DNA of 64,000 bases from the human T2T-CHM13v2.0 reference genome, Homo sapiens, in the NCBI RefSeq assembly GCF_009914755.1, contig NC_060927.1; one strand, given 5' to 3'. The notes under the pieces are model-generated. The model made no database searches. It saw only the letters and a list, made by a program, of their open reading frames with translations, and was not told the origin of the DNA. Position 1 is the first letter of the stretch. Each line of letters starts with the position of its first letter. Made by a program: the position numbers and the translations under genes. Positions 28,725 to 47,700 of this stretch are shown here, piece by piece.

Positions 28725-29900
28725 GTGAGATGGGTTTTTTAAGCTCTTCTTTTCTTTATTAAGATTTTATAGTAGCTAATACGAACACTGTGGATTTCAT
28801 CCTAAGAGCCTTAGAGAAAACTTTAGAGCTAAATTTAATGTCCAGTTATAGTAAATTTTTGCTAAGATTATCTTTGCCTTTTATTGGTTTTTGAATATTT
28901 TCATTTACATGTTTTTCAAATTTCTGAGCATAACATTGAGTGTCCTGAATTGTAATCTTCCTGCAGTTCTTCTGGAATCAGATGTGAAACAAATTTTAAA
29001 TATGTAAAATGAAGAAAGATATTATATTAAAACATCAGTATAGTATTTTAGGTCCATGGAAGAGATTTAGTACTGGACTGATAACAGTGACCAATGTCAT
29101 AACGTTTATACCAAAATGTAGCTTCTTTTACAGATGTATTTGAAGCTGTCAGTCAGAAATTATTCTTCCTGACCATGTGACTAGAGAGCATTTAGCTGCT
29201 TTCCTTTATAGTTTTTATGGAAGCCTTTTTTTAAAAAGACATGAGAATCAATCACATGGGAATTTTCAAAGAGTCTTGATTTTAGAAAAGTTATTTGTAA
29301 TGGTGTGTTACATAGGTGAGGAGACATTGAATATCTAATTGTACAAATGAGATGAAGCTAGTATAACTTCCCCGTTGAACTATGTGGATGGTTAATCCAG
29401 GGTTGTCTGGAAATACTGACCACTAGTTTGAGAGATTATGAATGAATTTCTGATGTTTGAGGCTATAAATATAATTGTTTTTATACAAAAGGATAATTGG
29501 CATTTGTAGGCATTTGCTTTTGGAAATGTATTTAAAGCATCTCAAATGTTCTTTTCAAGAGAACACATGTTAGAGCAATTAAGTACTATATAATTAATAT
29601 TTAGTAGAATAACAGCAACTAAAACTAAGTAAATATGTAGTCAGTTTTATTGTTAGAGATGTTCCTGTTTCAAAGAGAGCTAATCTGAGCTCCCTTAGGA
29701 GCTAGTTATAGAGGTATATAAGTTATATAAGGTATAGTTATGTACCTTAGGACAGTTTAGAATCATTAACCTCTTAGAGAAGTGTGGCAATTGTGAATGT
29801 TCTAGAACTCAAACAAGAGCAGGTAGATCTGCTGTATACAGAATGTCCTTCAGAAATCTCTGCCATTCTTTCTGAACTCTCGGCTGTGTGTTTGTTTCAG

Positions 29901-29948
29901 GGTATCCAAGGGTTGTATCGAGGCTATAAAAGCACAGTTTTAAGAGAG
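29901..29948 (+). CDS. SLC25A26: SLC25A26 coding exon (aa 136-151), 48 nt
   Basis: tttcag| acceptor, GAG|gtaagt donor. GIQGLYRGYKSTVLRE is the carrier [DE]Gxxxx[YF][KR]G motif. I found no further exon (expected IPFSLVQF...) downstream in the window. Confidence 0.96.
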
Positions 29949-30219
29949 GTAAGTCACTTACTTTCCAATATTGAAGTACGAAAGAATGATGTCCTTTGTT
30001 CAGTAAATTTATACTACTTAACAATTAGAAATATATTTGGAGAAACTTGGTTTAAAAAATCAAAAAGGGAAATTATCGTCACTCTTCTGTTAAATTTTCT
30101 GAGTTTTTATATTTAAAAGAATGAGTAGAATGGGTTTGCCGGAAGAGCAATTTCAGTGGTCAGAATGACCCATGTTGTTACTGACTTGTTATTCTAGGGT
30201 GGCTAAATGTCTCTTATAG

Positions 30220-30526
<307 letters not shown>

Positions 30527-30566
30527 TCCCGGCCTCTTATAGTTGAAGTATTAAGAAGTAACTTCG

Positions 30567-30881
<315 letters not shown>

Positions 30882-30945
30882 TCAAGTTTATTACTGAATT
30901 TTGAGGAACTAATGAAAAATTGGTAATGAAATAAGCCTTCTAAGA

Positions 30946-31314
30946 CAGGGACCCCAACCCCAGGGCCGTGGACGTGTACTGGTCCGTGGCCTGGTACTAG
31001 TCTGTGGCCTGTTAGGAACTGAGCCACACAGCAGGAGGTGAGCAGCAGGTGAGTGAGCATTACCACCTGAGCTCTGCCTCCTGTCAGATCAGCAGCAGCA
31101 TCAGATTCTCATAGGAACACGAACCCTATTATGAACTGCGCATGTGAGGGATTTAGGTTGTGTGTTCCTTATGAGAATCTAATGCATGATGATCGGAGGT
31201 GGAACATCTTAGGTGGAACAGTTTCATCCTGAAACCACCCACCCCACCACTGGTCCATGGAAAATTTTCTTCCACAAAACCTGTCCCTGGTGCCAAAAAG
31301 GTTGGGGACCGCTG
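30946..31314. mobile_element. MER1B hAT-Charlie MITE
   Basis: TIRs cagggaccccaacc / ggttggggaccgctg; imperfect 8-bp TSD ttctaaga/gtttaaga. Confidence 0.85.
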
Positions 31315-31433
31315 GTTTAAGAGGTGGATGTCTCAGAAGTCTGTATCAGGCAGTGAGCCCTTGGCTTCTTGATAACAAAATATGAGCTGGGAAGTTCAGT
31401 CTGGACTGGAGTCCTGGCACTGCAGGTGATTCA

Positions 31434-31908
<475 letters not shown>

Positions 31909-34900
31909 TTATAATCTTTGCTTCACATAGAAGAGACTATCTTGAAAAAGTTAGTTTTTTCTAAGTTCAAAAGTTCGTTTTCAGATAGGTGAGATATAAG
32001 AGAAGTCTGGTTTGGGACACAATTCTCTGTTAAAGAAAATACAAGTGAGAACCTGCATACATCTGCTCTGCATCTGCGTTTTCTATTTGGAGGTTCTGGT
32101 ATACTGAAACATAATAGTTAAATATTGCCGTATTTGACCGAATACTGAAATTCATTGAAATCCCAAATTTTATTCTCAGGTAGTTTTTTGTTTTTAACTA
32201 GAGATAACAATCTTCTTTATGACATACCAACACTGTTACTTGTGACTTAAAGCTTTGGTTTTCATAGCAACCTAGTTGGTGTAGATCTTTGAAGAACTTC
32301 TTTTTAAGGCAAACTTAATGTTTCAAAATTAGTTAATTGTGTGGAGATGACTTGTGCCTTTCAGAAATAGCACCCATACTGTATATTCACTCTGTACTTA
32401 GTTTCTGACTCACTAAACATGTGTTCCTTACTCAGATTTCACCTGGGTGCAGGACAAAGAGAGGCAATAAGCCTTTTTTATTTTTCTGAGAGATGCTGAA
32501 TAAATGAATATTTACATGCCGGAGAATACTGGTTTTACATACAAACAGATAAAACACATGGTCGCAACTGCTTTCTGTTCTTTAAAAAATTTGTTTTGAC
32601 ATATGTCCTGCTAGTAATTAATTTGTAGCCTGCAATCCTTGAAAGTAGTGTGACCTCACTGAGATGACTTTGTTTACTCAAAATGGCAGCGTTTTGTTGG
32701 AGATTTAATTGAGGTCTTCTGCATTATGCATATTTATTCAGAGTTGATTTTAGTTGAGGTATTGCTTTTGTACAGATTCTGTGATAGAATGAGAGAAGAA
32801 TTATTGCCGAATGAAACATAGCTTCTTCTCAAAATGAGAAAAATAAGAAGTGATACATCTGCTTTAAGCAGAATTTTATGCATTATAAATAGTTTAGATT
32901 CTTACTTTATTCTGGCACCAATATAAAATCTTTTTGCCAAGAGCGTGTCTGTTGTTTCAATAAGAAAATACATCAAAATCTTAGTGAGAATCACCTGGAA
33001 ACGTATACATTTATTCTGTATGCAATTTTTTCTTTAAACTGGTTTTATCTCCCTAGCAGTTGCCCATTAGAATGAGATTGAAGTTTGAGTCCATGCATTA
33101 TAAGATAGATTCGGTGTTCTTTAGATTGTGTGAATGTTGTCACACTTTTTTTTTTTTTTTTTTTTTACTGCATTTGATGTTTGTGGAGATTGCATGCTTA
33201 TCCCTTACATTCTCTGAAATTATTTTAGTTACTGTGAATTTTAGATGGAGTCTAAACAAGGTCAGCAGATTACACTACCTCATCCTTTTAGTGTTCATTT
33301 TTCTCATGATCTTTGCCAAATGAGATGTGGTCAAGCATGCTGGTGCAGTGATATTACTGCAGTAAGATGAAAGTGGGGAGCAAAATCATAGATGCTTTCA
33401 TATCCAGGATGATTTGAGATGCTATTGGCCTGAAAATTTTATGGAGAGCAGCCTCATACTCTTGGATGTGAATTAGAAGGACTTTTTATAGAGGAAGAAA
33501 GCAGAGTAAAGCAGATTGTTTCAAAAGAAGTGGGAATTAGTTAAACTTAGCAGATGTCTTTTGTCCACAAATTTCACTCAGCTGTCCTTTCTGGAGTGCC
33601 TACTGGGTCTTGGGGCACTACAAGGAACATTTCTGCCCTGAAGCATTCACTTTCTGGCGGGGAAACAAACAGGGAAGTAGACACTTTACAGTGCAGTGTC
33701 ATAAGCACTGTAATGATAAGTATATACAAGATGCAGGTGGGGTTACAGACGAAGCAATGCTTGAGTGGTGCTCAGTTAGCATAAAACGATTCTTAATTGT
33801 TGAAGGAGTGGCAGTTAGAAGTAGTTAAGGTTATAGGCAGATGGAACAGCAAGAGCAAAGCCATAAGGGTGTGAAAGTACATGTGTGTAGCTTGCTTATT
33901 GAAGCAGAATTGGGGTTTTCATGACCATAGAAGAGAGTGCAAGCCAAGGGAGGGCCTTCAAGAGAGCACGAAGTGGGGTGTTTGCCTGGAGGAGAAGTTG
34001 AACTTCTTGCCCTCAGCTGTTTGCCAGGGACTGGAGTGGAGAATTTGGGAAAAGCCCTTGAAAGAGCCTGACATGTGTCCCCTGGAGTCTGGAGGATAAC
34101 TTGCTGGTATCTGACTCCTGTCTGCAGAAACCTGAAGGTGAGAAGCTGGTTGGAGCTGTCCCAATGGCAAGATGTAGCCATTTTAATAACAAATAACTCC
34201 TGGTTTCTTTTCGGTAGATGCTAGTAAAGAGATTTGAGATAGGTGAGGGTTATTCTCCCCACCCTAGTTTTGCTGTAAGCAGTCAACATGCCAAACAAGT
34301 AATTCAATCTGTTCAGTAAGTTCATTGAAGCCCCCAGTCTTTAGGTGCAAAAATCATCACTCTTAGTAGTTTATTCAAAAGTGGATATGGCAGCTTTTCA
34401 GACTTGTTTTCCCTTAATATCCATGTTAGGCAGTGGGGATTCCCCTAAATCCAGTGGCTGGAAACGGGAACCTTCAGCGATCAAGCGTCAAGGACTGCCC
34501 TCCAAAGTCTCCTTCCCAGTTCTGCTGTCTGCCTACTCAGTGCCTTTCCCCCGAACACTCATGTTATATAAGTCTCCTTAGTGTTTTTCCAGAGACACTC
34601 TATCCTAGATCTTCTGTATTTTTTGTTGCTGCTTTCTAACCTACTTTGTTTTGGAGATCATTTATATCACTTCATTAAGAGCACTATCTTTTATAATGAT
34701 TGCATAGTAGTCCATTGTATAAACAAACCATTGTTTATTTAACATTTCCCAGTTGGTGGACATTACAGACATGCTGCAGTGAGTGATGCTGTTCCTGTGT
34801 TATTTTATACATGGTTGAATGTTTGCAGGTTACATACCACAAGTAGAATTACTTCGTGAAAAGTATCGGCATTTGTAATTTTGGTAGATAATGCCAAATT

Positions 34901-35248
34901 GCTCTTTAGGGAAGTACCAATTGACACTTGCCAACAATGTAGGAGCCTTCTGTTTTCCCCTGCCTCACCTATGGACTAGCAGTCTTAAAGACAAAACATG
35001 ATGTCATTGTAGTTCTAATTTTAATTACAAGTAAGACTGGACATAATAACATATATCTGAGAACAGTTTTATTTACTTTCCTGTGAACTGATGATTTGAA
35101 ACTTCCCCCAAATTCTTGTGAGGATTAAATGAGGGGATCCAGGCGAAGTGCCTTCTGTAATGCCTGTCACACAGTACGTGCTCAGGAAATGTTAACTAGG
35201 ATGATTGGTACTCTGGTAACTGAAAGAGCTTTAACAGTGAAGGACACC

Positions 35249-35601
35249 TGATATGGTTTGGCTCTGTGTCCCCACCTAAATCTCATCTTGAATTGTAATC
35301 CCCACGTGGCAGGGGAGGGACCTGATGGGAGGTGATTGCATGGGTGGTTTCCCTCATGCTCTTGAGACTGAGAGAGTTCTCACAAGAGCTGATGGTTTTA
35401 AAAGTGTTTGCAGTTCCCCCTTTGTGCTCTCTCTCTCCTTCTGCCATGTAAGACGTGCCTTGCTTTCCCTTTGCCTTCTGCCATGATTGTAAGTTGCCTG
35501 AGGCTCCCCAGCCATGCAAACTGTGAGCCAAACCTCTTTCCTTTATAAATTACTCAGTCTCAGGTAGTATCTTTATAGCAGTGTGAGAATGGACTGATAA
35601 A
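35249..35601 (+). mobile_element. THE1/MST (ERVL-MaLR) solo LTR
   Basis: tgatatggtttggctctgtgtccccacc...tttatagcagtgtgagaatggact; 5-bp TSD acacc on both sides. Confidence 0.9.
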
Positions 35602-38600
35602 ACACCCAAGTGTGGAATGCAGCTCTGTCCCTTACCAGCCATCTGCTCCTGACAAGTTTACTTAATCTGAGTCCAGGTTTGCCCATTTGTGCTAGGAACT
35701 TTGCATAGACTCTTCTCGTTGATACCTTTATACCTTTACAGCAGTTCTAAAAGGCGGCTGTGATAGCAGTATAGCCTGCTAGGAGATTCGGAAATTAAAC
35801 CTGCTTTTAGGTTGTTGGGTTCTTTAACAGGGCTGCAACCTTGATATGTCTGCATTCAGACATGTTGATGACTAACAATTGCTGTGTTTGAATGAGAGGC
35901 CAGACAACTGTTACTGCTTGTAAAGCTCTTCAGCTATAATGAGAGTGTTATATCCAGATGTCTTATTGAGAGACATCTTTATAATAGTAAAAAAATTGCA
36001 ACCTGCAGTTGATTTTGTATTCACTGGCTACTTATGTAGGAAAAACAGCATATTGGTATAAAAAGTAAAGTTACCCTAATTGATGATTGAGCTGATCAAG
36101 ATTCCTAATGGAAGTGTGTTGGGAAAATTCCATGATTGTTCATTTTTGGCTTATTCTTATGGAGATTGCACCAGTTGGATGTTTTCCACTGAAAAATGTT
36201 ACCAAGCAACTATCGCCAGAACTTCTGTTGCATCTTTACTGTCCTTAAGGCTCTATATACTATTTCCTGCTTATCATGATTGTAAAAGAGAAAAAAAATA
36301 GTCCTAGCTCATAAGGGAGAATTTTCCCCCTTCTTGTATCAGTGCTGTGTATCTGTCTCTGTGTATGTTTGTGTGAAATTGTTTTCTTTGATTTACCTTG
36401 TTCTCTTTCAGTTTGTCCTTATAGTTGGGTTGTTCCTTATCTTTCCAGATAGCGTGTAAATCCTCTTGAAAACAGCCACTGGGTTTTTACCTCCTTGTAG
36501 GATGCCCAGGCTCTAGCATAATATCTTCTACACAGTGAGCACTCAGTGAATACTTGTCGTTTTTCACTGCTTTAAGTTTGACTTATTTTTGTTCAGATGC
36601 TGCCTGACGTCATGATCATTTCAGAAAGGTGAGGGAGCTCTAAGGGGGCTTGGAGTTATGTAGGGTAGTGAATCAGGCTTTTGATATACTACATTACTAT
36701 GATCTTTGCATGAGACAGGTGATGAAATACCAAAGCGTATATACTTTTCTAAGATTTCAGTCTTCTTAAACCTTGAAAAAGTAGTTTTTATAAGTCTGGT
36801 TTTATTGGAAAAGCAGTAAGTGCTATAATTATTCATTTACTTTCTTCATCTTAGCACTTCTACTGAAAAGGAAAAAAAATGATTCAAAATCTTTCCAAAC
36901 TTCTAATGTGAAATTGTTTTTCAGTTAAAATCCAATGCAAACATATTGAACCCTATTTTAATCCTACATAATTCATTTTATTAACTATGACCAAATAGAA
37001 CATCTGTTAAAATTCCATAATGCTAGCTTCATGGGAAAAGAAAAAAATCCCTGTTTGCTCTTGGAAGTTGTCCATTGTTTTATTATTCAGGCTTTCAGTA
37101 AATGTGTAATGAGACATTCTTTTTGATGGAAATATTAAACAAATGAAAATGAAATTTCCTCTTTTATCATAGAGGTTTATAAAATGAGTCACTTAATTGC
37201 ATTTACATTATTATAACTTTACCGTAGAGATGTTCTATGAAGAATGAATGCTGGTTCATTTGATTCATTCTTTAATTCAAGAACCTAAAATTATTACTCC
37301 TCAAACCTGGACTTTAGCCTTTAGTTTTTCATCATCTCTTAAATAAGCAAATATTTTTAGGAAGAACAATTGAGTAAAATTATCTTAATGTGGAAGTATT
37401 ACTCTAGCCCTTCAGTGCATAGTTTCTCATGTTTCGTTTACATGAAACCAGCTGCTATTTACTTTTTTCATTCCTTGGACAAATTTCATTTACGCTGTGA
37501 AGTGACTTGAAAATGCTACATATTTCCATTGTTGCATGTTGGCCATGTTGTCCTGAAGGGGCACCAGTTCCTGTGTGTATGGTTTATGGGATGTAAATGC
37601 AATAATATGATGCTTCACTGTAAACACATTGGAAGCTATTGGATACAGGTGGAAATTATCTGTTAATTCTTTATTTAAACGTTGTGACCATAAACCATAG
37701 TGTTGAAGTAGCTCTTTGTTGTTGTTCCTTTGTGGTTTTCATCCCATGTGAAATGTCATCTTTCTTCGTCTTCGTGAGTCCATTTGGATTGCATTTAGGC
37801 TTCAAATAACAGAAAATTTGACTACAATGGTTTCACCAAAAAAGTTTTCTGTTTTTCCCTTTTGTAACAAGAAATCTGAAGATGATCATTCTAAGGCTGG
37901 TGTACTGGTTAGATGAGGGCAAGGAGAATCCAGTCTCTTTCATTTTGCCTGGCTAACTTTAATGCTCTGGCTAATTGACTCATGGTCACAAAATGGCTGT
38001 TCTGCTTTCAGGCATCATAGTTCTATTCCAGAACTATGAAGAAGGGGAAGGGCATGAGGCAGTACTAACTTTATCTGTCCTTTTGTTTATCTCGAAAACA
38101 AAAACTTTCCTGGGACAGATGGTATCTCAGGGCCTTTATGAGTTGCGTGGGGATTGGGAAGTTGAGTATGTAGCTTTTCACTGTAGTAGATGAAGTCAGG
38201 CAAAGGGTGGACTGGGGGCAGTGGTACTACCGTTACTGAGTCACCCCATAGGATCTGCCGTATTCTGTCCCTTCAAACCCTTCCAGCTAAAGTTTCATCT
38301 CTTCAGAAAGAAGACCATTTCATACATCTCTAGCTTCAGCCCACATGTGGGCATCCATCGTTGTTAAGATCCATGAGTAATTGTCTGTACCACTATTTTT
38401 TTTTTTGGTCATTCTCCTCTGTAAATGGAAATGTCTGTTCGTTTTCTTTTTCTGCCACCTTTGTTCTTTTGGGCACTAGTGTAGAAACTCATCTTTAAAA
38501 ATTATTTGGTGGTCTCACTGAAATTGAAGACATGAATTTACTTCTGATTTATTTACTTTTATATGTAGTTTTGATTTTAAAGTTAAAATCTGAGAATACT

Positions 38601-39286
38601 TCTTATATTGATATATTCATATGTAAACACCTAAAAAATGTGTGTCATTTTAGATGGAAATAAACTGTTTACATTTACCAAGTACTTAAAATGTTCCAGT
38701 CACTGTGCTAAGTTGTTTACATACATTATTTCACATAATCCTCACAGCAGCCCAAAATGCGATCCCTACTTGACAGAAACTAAAGCTTGGTAAGTTTGTG
38801 GTTGGCCCAGGGTCTCATACCAGTAAGGGAGAGATCAGAGGACTCCAGAATCCATGAACTTAACCTTTATGGTGAGCTGTGTATTTTACATTTTATAAAC
38901 AGATAAATTTTTTCTGGGGAGGAAAATATGTATTTAAAATGAGTAATCCATATTTATATCTGTAGTCTTTAAGCCTTTAGATAGGCGTTAGTGCCAGGAG
39001 TTTGGGGAAACTGGAAGTCTACATGATATTAAAAATAAATTAATTAGAGGAAATAAGCAAGTGTAAGGAATCTGTGTTGATGGAAGTGTTCATGAAGAAC
39101 TGTGGCTTGTAAGTGCATATTATCACGTTTGCGTGATTTTCCTTTATCTAGGTGTTAGTTTACATGCCCCTTCTCTGAGGGACCTCCTGTGATCACTCCA
39201 GCTAAAATAGACCTACCCCATCCCTGATCACTCACCTGTTACCTTTGCATGCACTGATGTTTGAAATTACCTTCATTTCTTGTTCA

Positions 39287-41981
<2,695 letters not shown>

Positions 41982-43649
41982 AAAAATTAATTACTGCTGT
42001 CTTCCCTTCACTAGAATGTATGCATCAGGAGGGCAGATGCCTCCCGTTTTGTTCCCTACTATTAATCTAACACCTAGAAGAGTGTGGCACATAGCACACT
42101 CAGAAAATATTTAACAAACCAATGACTTAATCATACTTGCTTCTCAAAAGCAGACCAGTTTTAAGTACTTAGGTATTAAGATCTCCAGATACATTTAGCA
42201 AGAATTATGGAGTTCTCACTAAATTCCTAGGCAAGCTAATGGTTTTCTGCCAGATAAACTGTCTGTACTTCCATTGAGATTAATTTTCTTATCATATTTA
42301 CTGCTGTCTACATATAGCTCTTATTTTAATTTTGTCTTTTCTAGTTACAGTTACTCCTGTAACTATTTCATATATTCAAAACAGTTTTTGAAGTGACACA
42401 TGAAAATAATAAAACTTATGAAGAAGATCCTTCATTAGGTGTGTGCGAATTATCTCCAGTGAATACCGTGTGGGTCAAGAATTACCCTTGATGTTCTCAT
42501 TACTGTATACTGTCTTATTGTCTGAATAAACACCATCTTATATGGAGTATTAAGAGACTATATATGTAAGAAAACTAAATTTGAAGGTCAAATGTAGTTT
42601 TTTAGATGTGTAATTAAAAAATAGCAATTGGAATCATTCAAAGGAAATTAAAATGTTTATCTGTGGGTTCGACTACCTGGCTACAGATTACTTTGGGATC
42701 ACATAATGAAAATAGTTAAAATTTGAATACTAATTATGATTGTTAACTTTACATATATTTTCCTAATCCTTAAACTGTAAGACATCAGCCTGTTTGTACA
42801 GATCATAAGCAGAGGCTTAGAAAAATTAAGTAATACAACTAGGAGGTGGCAGGACTGGAATTGGAGGTCAAGTTTGTATAATTCCAAATCCTGTGATTCT
42901 TATTACACTTTGCTTCCTGTTTGTGTCTTGCAGATAAATTCACTGATAGAATTTTTCAGTAAATCCTAAGAAAATAATGTGATGGGGGATCTACAAGACT
43001 TGAACCAAATCTTGACCTGAGTGAGAGTGGAGCACAATTTCTGAGTGTTAGAGGATTCTAAAGGATAGAAATGGAACTGTTTGTATGGGCAGAACACAAT
43101 GAGATGCTTCTAAAACAGCCATTAATATTGATTTCAGCATCCTTTTTCGTCTGGCCTTTGTGAGGGGTGCTTAAAAATGTTTTGACTGATTGTAGTCTGT
43201 CCTTTTTTGTTCCCTGTGCTGCATCATATGTTCTGAGAAACAGTAGAGTAGGTGGGAAAAGGTTGATAATCTTTGGCCTTGAAGTGGTTTTGGTATACAT
43301 AGCCAAGTAACTAGCAGATAATTTATTGACTAGTGGAGAAGCAGAAATTTTTGTGAGGATTTTTTTTTTTCCCTTTTTGAATATACTCTGCTTTTTGTTA
43401 TTCAACTTGTCAGTGCAAAACTGACATTATAGAAGAACGCACTAGAGGGCGCACAATGCCTGTATTTTAAATGTTGGTGGCAAAAACCTCAGCATGAACT
43501 TGGAAGCTGCTTCCTGGCACTGTTTGAAAAAAAAAAAAAAAGGTTCAAATTAGAAAATGTAAATTTAAGCATAATAGTGTTTTCCGATCAAGATACCTGA
43601 ATGGATAAATTTGTGTTATCTTTTGATACATATGTACATGGAGTTGTAT

Positions 43650-44770
43650 TTATTTGGGTTCTAATTTTTTAAAACTTTTACCATGGAAAAATTTAAAGAC
43701 ACACAAAAAAGATTACTAAAATGAATCCCTGTAGTCTCATCAATTACCAGCTCTTGAGCAGTATTGTTCCATCTATACCAAACCCTGCTTCCCACATGTC
43801 TGTATGATATTGAAGCAAATACCAGACATTCTGATTTCATCCAGAAATACGTCACTATGCATCTCTAAAAGATAACTGTAAATATGTATAATGTATCAAA
43901 AATGAGTGTCATAACAGAAAGACAAATATTGTATTATATGTGTAAACTAAGAAAGTAAAATTCATAGAAGCAGAGAGTAGAACCATGGTTCTCGGGTGTT
44001 AGGGGGTGGGTAAATGGGGAGATGTTGTTCAAAGGGTACAAATTGTCAGTTATAGGATCAGCAGGTTCTGGGTATTTAAGGTACAGCATGAAAAGTGATG
44101 GATGTGTTAATTAATTTGATTGTGGTAATCATTACACATTGTGTATCAAATCATCACATTGCTCACTTTAATATATATAATCTTTATTTGTCATTTATTT
44201 TAAAAAACGAATATCATAGTCTAGAAGTATTTCCCCAAAGCTATTTATCACTTACAAAGGGGAAAATAGTAATTTTACAGTTGGAAAGACTGGCAGTCAC
44301 TATTTTATCCAAGTGATCAAGATTAGCATCACCAGTAATAAGATTATATTAACATCATACATCTCTAATATAATGCACCAAGAAGGACACAATGTCACTT
44401 CTTTGGTCTTCTTGCCAAAGATGCATAATCTCAGTGTGATCATGAGAAAACATCACACAAACCGAGATTGAGAGACATTGTACAGAATTGTCAAAGTTAT
44501 GATAAAGAAAGATGAAAGAACTGCCACAAATAAGAGAAGACTAAGGAGACACAACAAGTAAATGCAGTGTAGGATCCTGGATTTGATCCTGGAACAGAAA
44601 AGATTTTGGGAAAAACTGGTAACATTCAAAATCTGTAATTTAGCTATTAGCATTGCAGCAAAACTGGTAGCTGGTTTTGATAAGTGTACTGTAGTTAATT
44701 TATTAACATTAGAGAAGCCAGCATATATGTGAACTCTGCTATTTATGCAACTTTTATGAGAGTTTGTTTT
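43650..44770. mobile_element. Cluster of old L1M 3' fragments (L1MA/L1MC-like)
   Basis: atagaagcagagagtagaa...tggggagatgtt..tcaaagggtaca and ggatcctgga...gatcctggaacagaaaa motifs. Confidence 0.6.
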
Positions 44771-47700
44771 TAAAAAACAAACTAAAATGCCACATTTGGA
44801 CATTGTATGAAGTACTTGTTTTTAGAGTCATCTTCTAAAATAATGACAAGTTAAATTTAAAATTTAATTTCTTTTATTGTTAACTTGTATTAAAATAATA
44901 TATGCAATTAGTAACAACCCAAATAATGTAGAAGGACTTAAGATGAAAAACAACAGTCTCCTGCCCATCCCTCTCCATTCTGGTTCCACTCTCTAGAGGT
45001 AGCCTTTATTTTTTATTTTTTAAAATTTTAACTGTTTTATTTTTAGTTCTTATTTCATCGGTGCTTTCAGATAATATATTATTTAAATGTCTGTTTTAAA
45101 ATTTGTCAGTAGATAAAGTTTGTTGAGTCTTTGGGATGGAAGATGTGATTAAGCTCACATTATGTTCTTCCCCAACCCTGTCTCATCCTAGCATTCCAGT
45201 TATATAAATTTCATTCCTCTGTTCATTTTAGAAACTTTAAGTTATATATTCGTTTCTTTATTTCTTATCCTACGAACTTTCTGCATCTTACAACTTTCTC
45301 TTGACATGATGAGGCTGTTGCTTTCTTTTTGCCACCTTGTCCTCCTTAACCTGCAAATTTCACTTTCTGGAAAGACTTCTCTCAACTATACTTTCATTGT
45401 ACATTGTCAAGAGGGTTGACAATTTCATCCTGTCTTTTACCCTCAGTCACTTCTTTCATAGCTCTTCTGTATTGATTCTAAAAGTGGAGTACCGGTGAAC
45501 TAGTGTTTGTATTATTGAGAAGACTTCATGAATGATCAGACCATGTAGTGTGCTAAGGCTGTATTTTTTTTTGTGTGTGGGACTTACACCCTGAGAGATG
45601 GTTTCAGCATCAGAATCAAATAGACCTTCTTGCACTCTATCAGTTGCTAAAATTTAATTTCCAACATTTGGGGCATGAGCTTGTCTTTTTTTCTTGGAGT
45701 TTCTAATTGCCTTTTCTGTATGAAAAAGGCATTATTTGCATTATTTTTAGGTATGACAACTTTGAAAACATACTGTCTTTTGTCCTGAGTCCCCTTTTAC
45801 CCTGGGAATCTTGGAATCTTTCATTCTCCTGTTCTAATCCTGTGTTAATATTCACTGTGTTTGGGCTTCTATTCTTGGGTCAGATTTGCTGTTTCCTGAA
45901 GGCCGCATAGCATAGTGGTTCAGACCAGGGCTTTGTGGTCAGGCAGCCCAGGTTTTGCCAACAGCTCTGCCTCTGTTAAACTTACACCTGGTGCTACAGT
46001 GTCCTCATTGAATGAAAATGCTTTCAGATATGAAAAATATAAGAATTTAGTCCATTTGTTTGAAGGCTTTTATTTGATTCTGATTTTTTTGGGGAGGTGG
46101 GGTCAGGTAATTATCTTTCTCTAGTGCCTATTATTTTACAAATATCTCATTAAAGACAGCCGATGATAACCATTCTCATGATTCTTTGGCCTCAAATGTG
46201 TTTCACTGGTTTGTTTTTTATAGTAGGAAGGAATTATGTTAATGTTATGATTCTTAGAAAAGTATTTTGATCTTATTAGTTTAGTGTGTATCCTGATTAT
46301 GTTTTGGAAATAAGTGGTTAAATTGATCTGTGGGAGTCTTACAAACTGATTACCAAGTTTCTGATACAGCTTGCCTGTGTCTTGATCCACGTATTGTAAG
46401 TCTTTCCTATTATCAGTGAATTTTTCCATACTTCTGTTTCAGAGAATGGAATGATGACTAAGTTAAAAATCACTTCGGGACAAAATTTATTATCCTTCAC
46501 AGGGTAAATGACAAACATGTCATTTACCTGGTAGAGGATACCAATAGTATCTGTGTTCACAGTCAGCTATGCTATGTTTCATGTTGACTAACAAAGATCT
46601 TGTGATAATTAGACTCTGCTGATTTATCTTTTTGTTCACACAATGGTTTTCCAAGGTTTTCTCATCCTTTTAGACATTTAATATTAGTTTGAAAAAGTAG
46701 TGAGAACAACACATCTCAATCATTAAGTTTTGATGAAGTGAAGACACCAAAGGTCTGGTATATAGTTGCCTCTTGGTAAGTGATAAGTTCTTACCACATT
46801 ATTTTTCTGTATTTGAAGGAGAAAGTAGGTTGAATTTATCCAGCATCTGCCATATGCCAGATGAGGTACTTTTCATATATATTTTTTTCATTTAATCTTC
46901 ACAGTAATTCTCAATCATTATTGCCAACTGAGTAATTGGAAAGTAAGTACCTCTTGAATACCTTGTCATGATTCCCAGTCAATCTGTAATGTTCATCTAC
47001 CTTGTAAACCATTTTATATGCTAACAGACATTTCTCTGTTTAATACCAGTGAGAAAGCTGACCTTTGGTGGTGTAACTTGATCTACATAAAGCACGAAAC
47101 ACTGTTAGTGGAAGGCAGAGTTGGTCTCTGAATTCTTTGAACTCTTAACGCTCGTCTAGTAACAGCATATTTATTTCCTTTCTACTCTTTGAGGTATGAG
47201 TGAGGAAGTTTGAAATGCATAGTAACACCACCTTTTTCTTTTTTTTCTGCCTTTCCAGCTTTTTTGAAAAATTACAATTTATAGAAAAGGTAAAACGTGT
47301 ATTTTTTTTCCCCAGGATTCACCAGTTAACATTTTGCTTAATCTGCTCTGCTCCTCTTTCTTCCTCTTTTTTTTCCTGAAATATTTTAAGTAAGTAGCAG
47401 ACAATTTGACACTTATCATTTAGTATTTCAGCATGTCTCCTAAGAATGGAGTCCTACTTCTCATAACTACAATGCCATTATCACACCCAAGAAATTTAAT
47501 ATTCACTAACTAATATTATCTAATATGTGGTCAATTTCCCTGATGTCCCAGTGATAAAAGCCTTACAGCTTCTTTCTCTACTCAGGATACAAGTGAACAA
47601 ATACATTGCATTTGGTTGTCAGGGTCCCCAACCTTTTTTATTTCCTCCATGACATAGACTTTTGTAGAGTCCGAGATATTTATCCTGTAAACGGTCCCAT

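Noticed and set aside
30976-31011. 18-bp tandem duplication gtactggtccgtggcctg
   Set aside because: Ordinary slippage inside MER1B; two units only, not an array.
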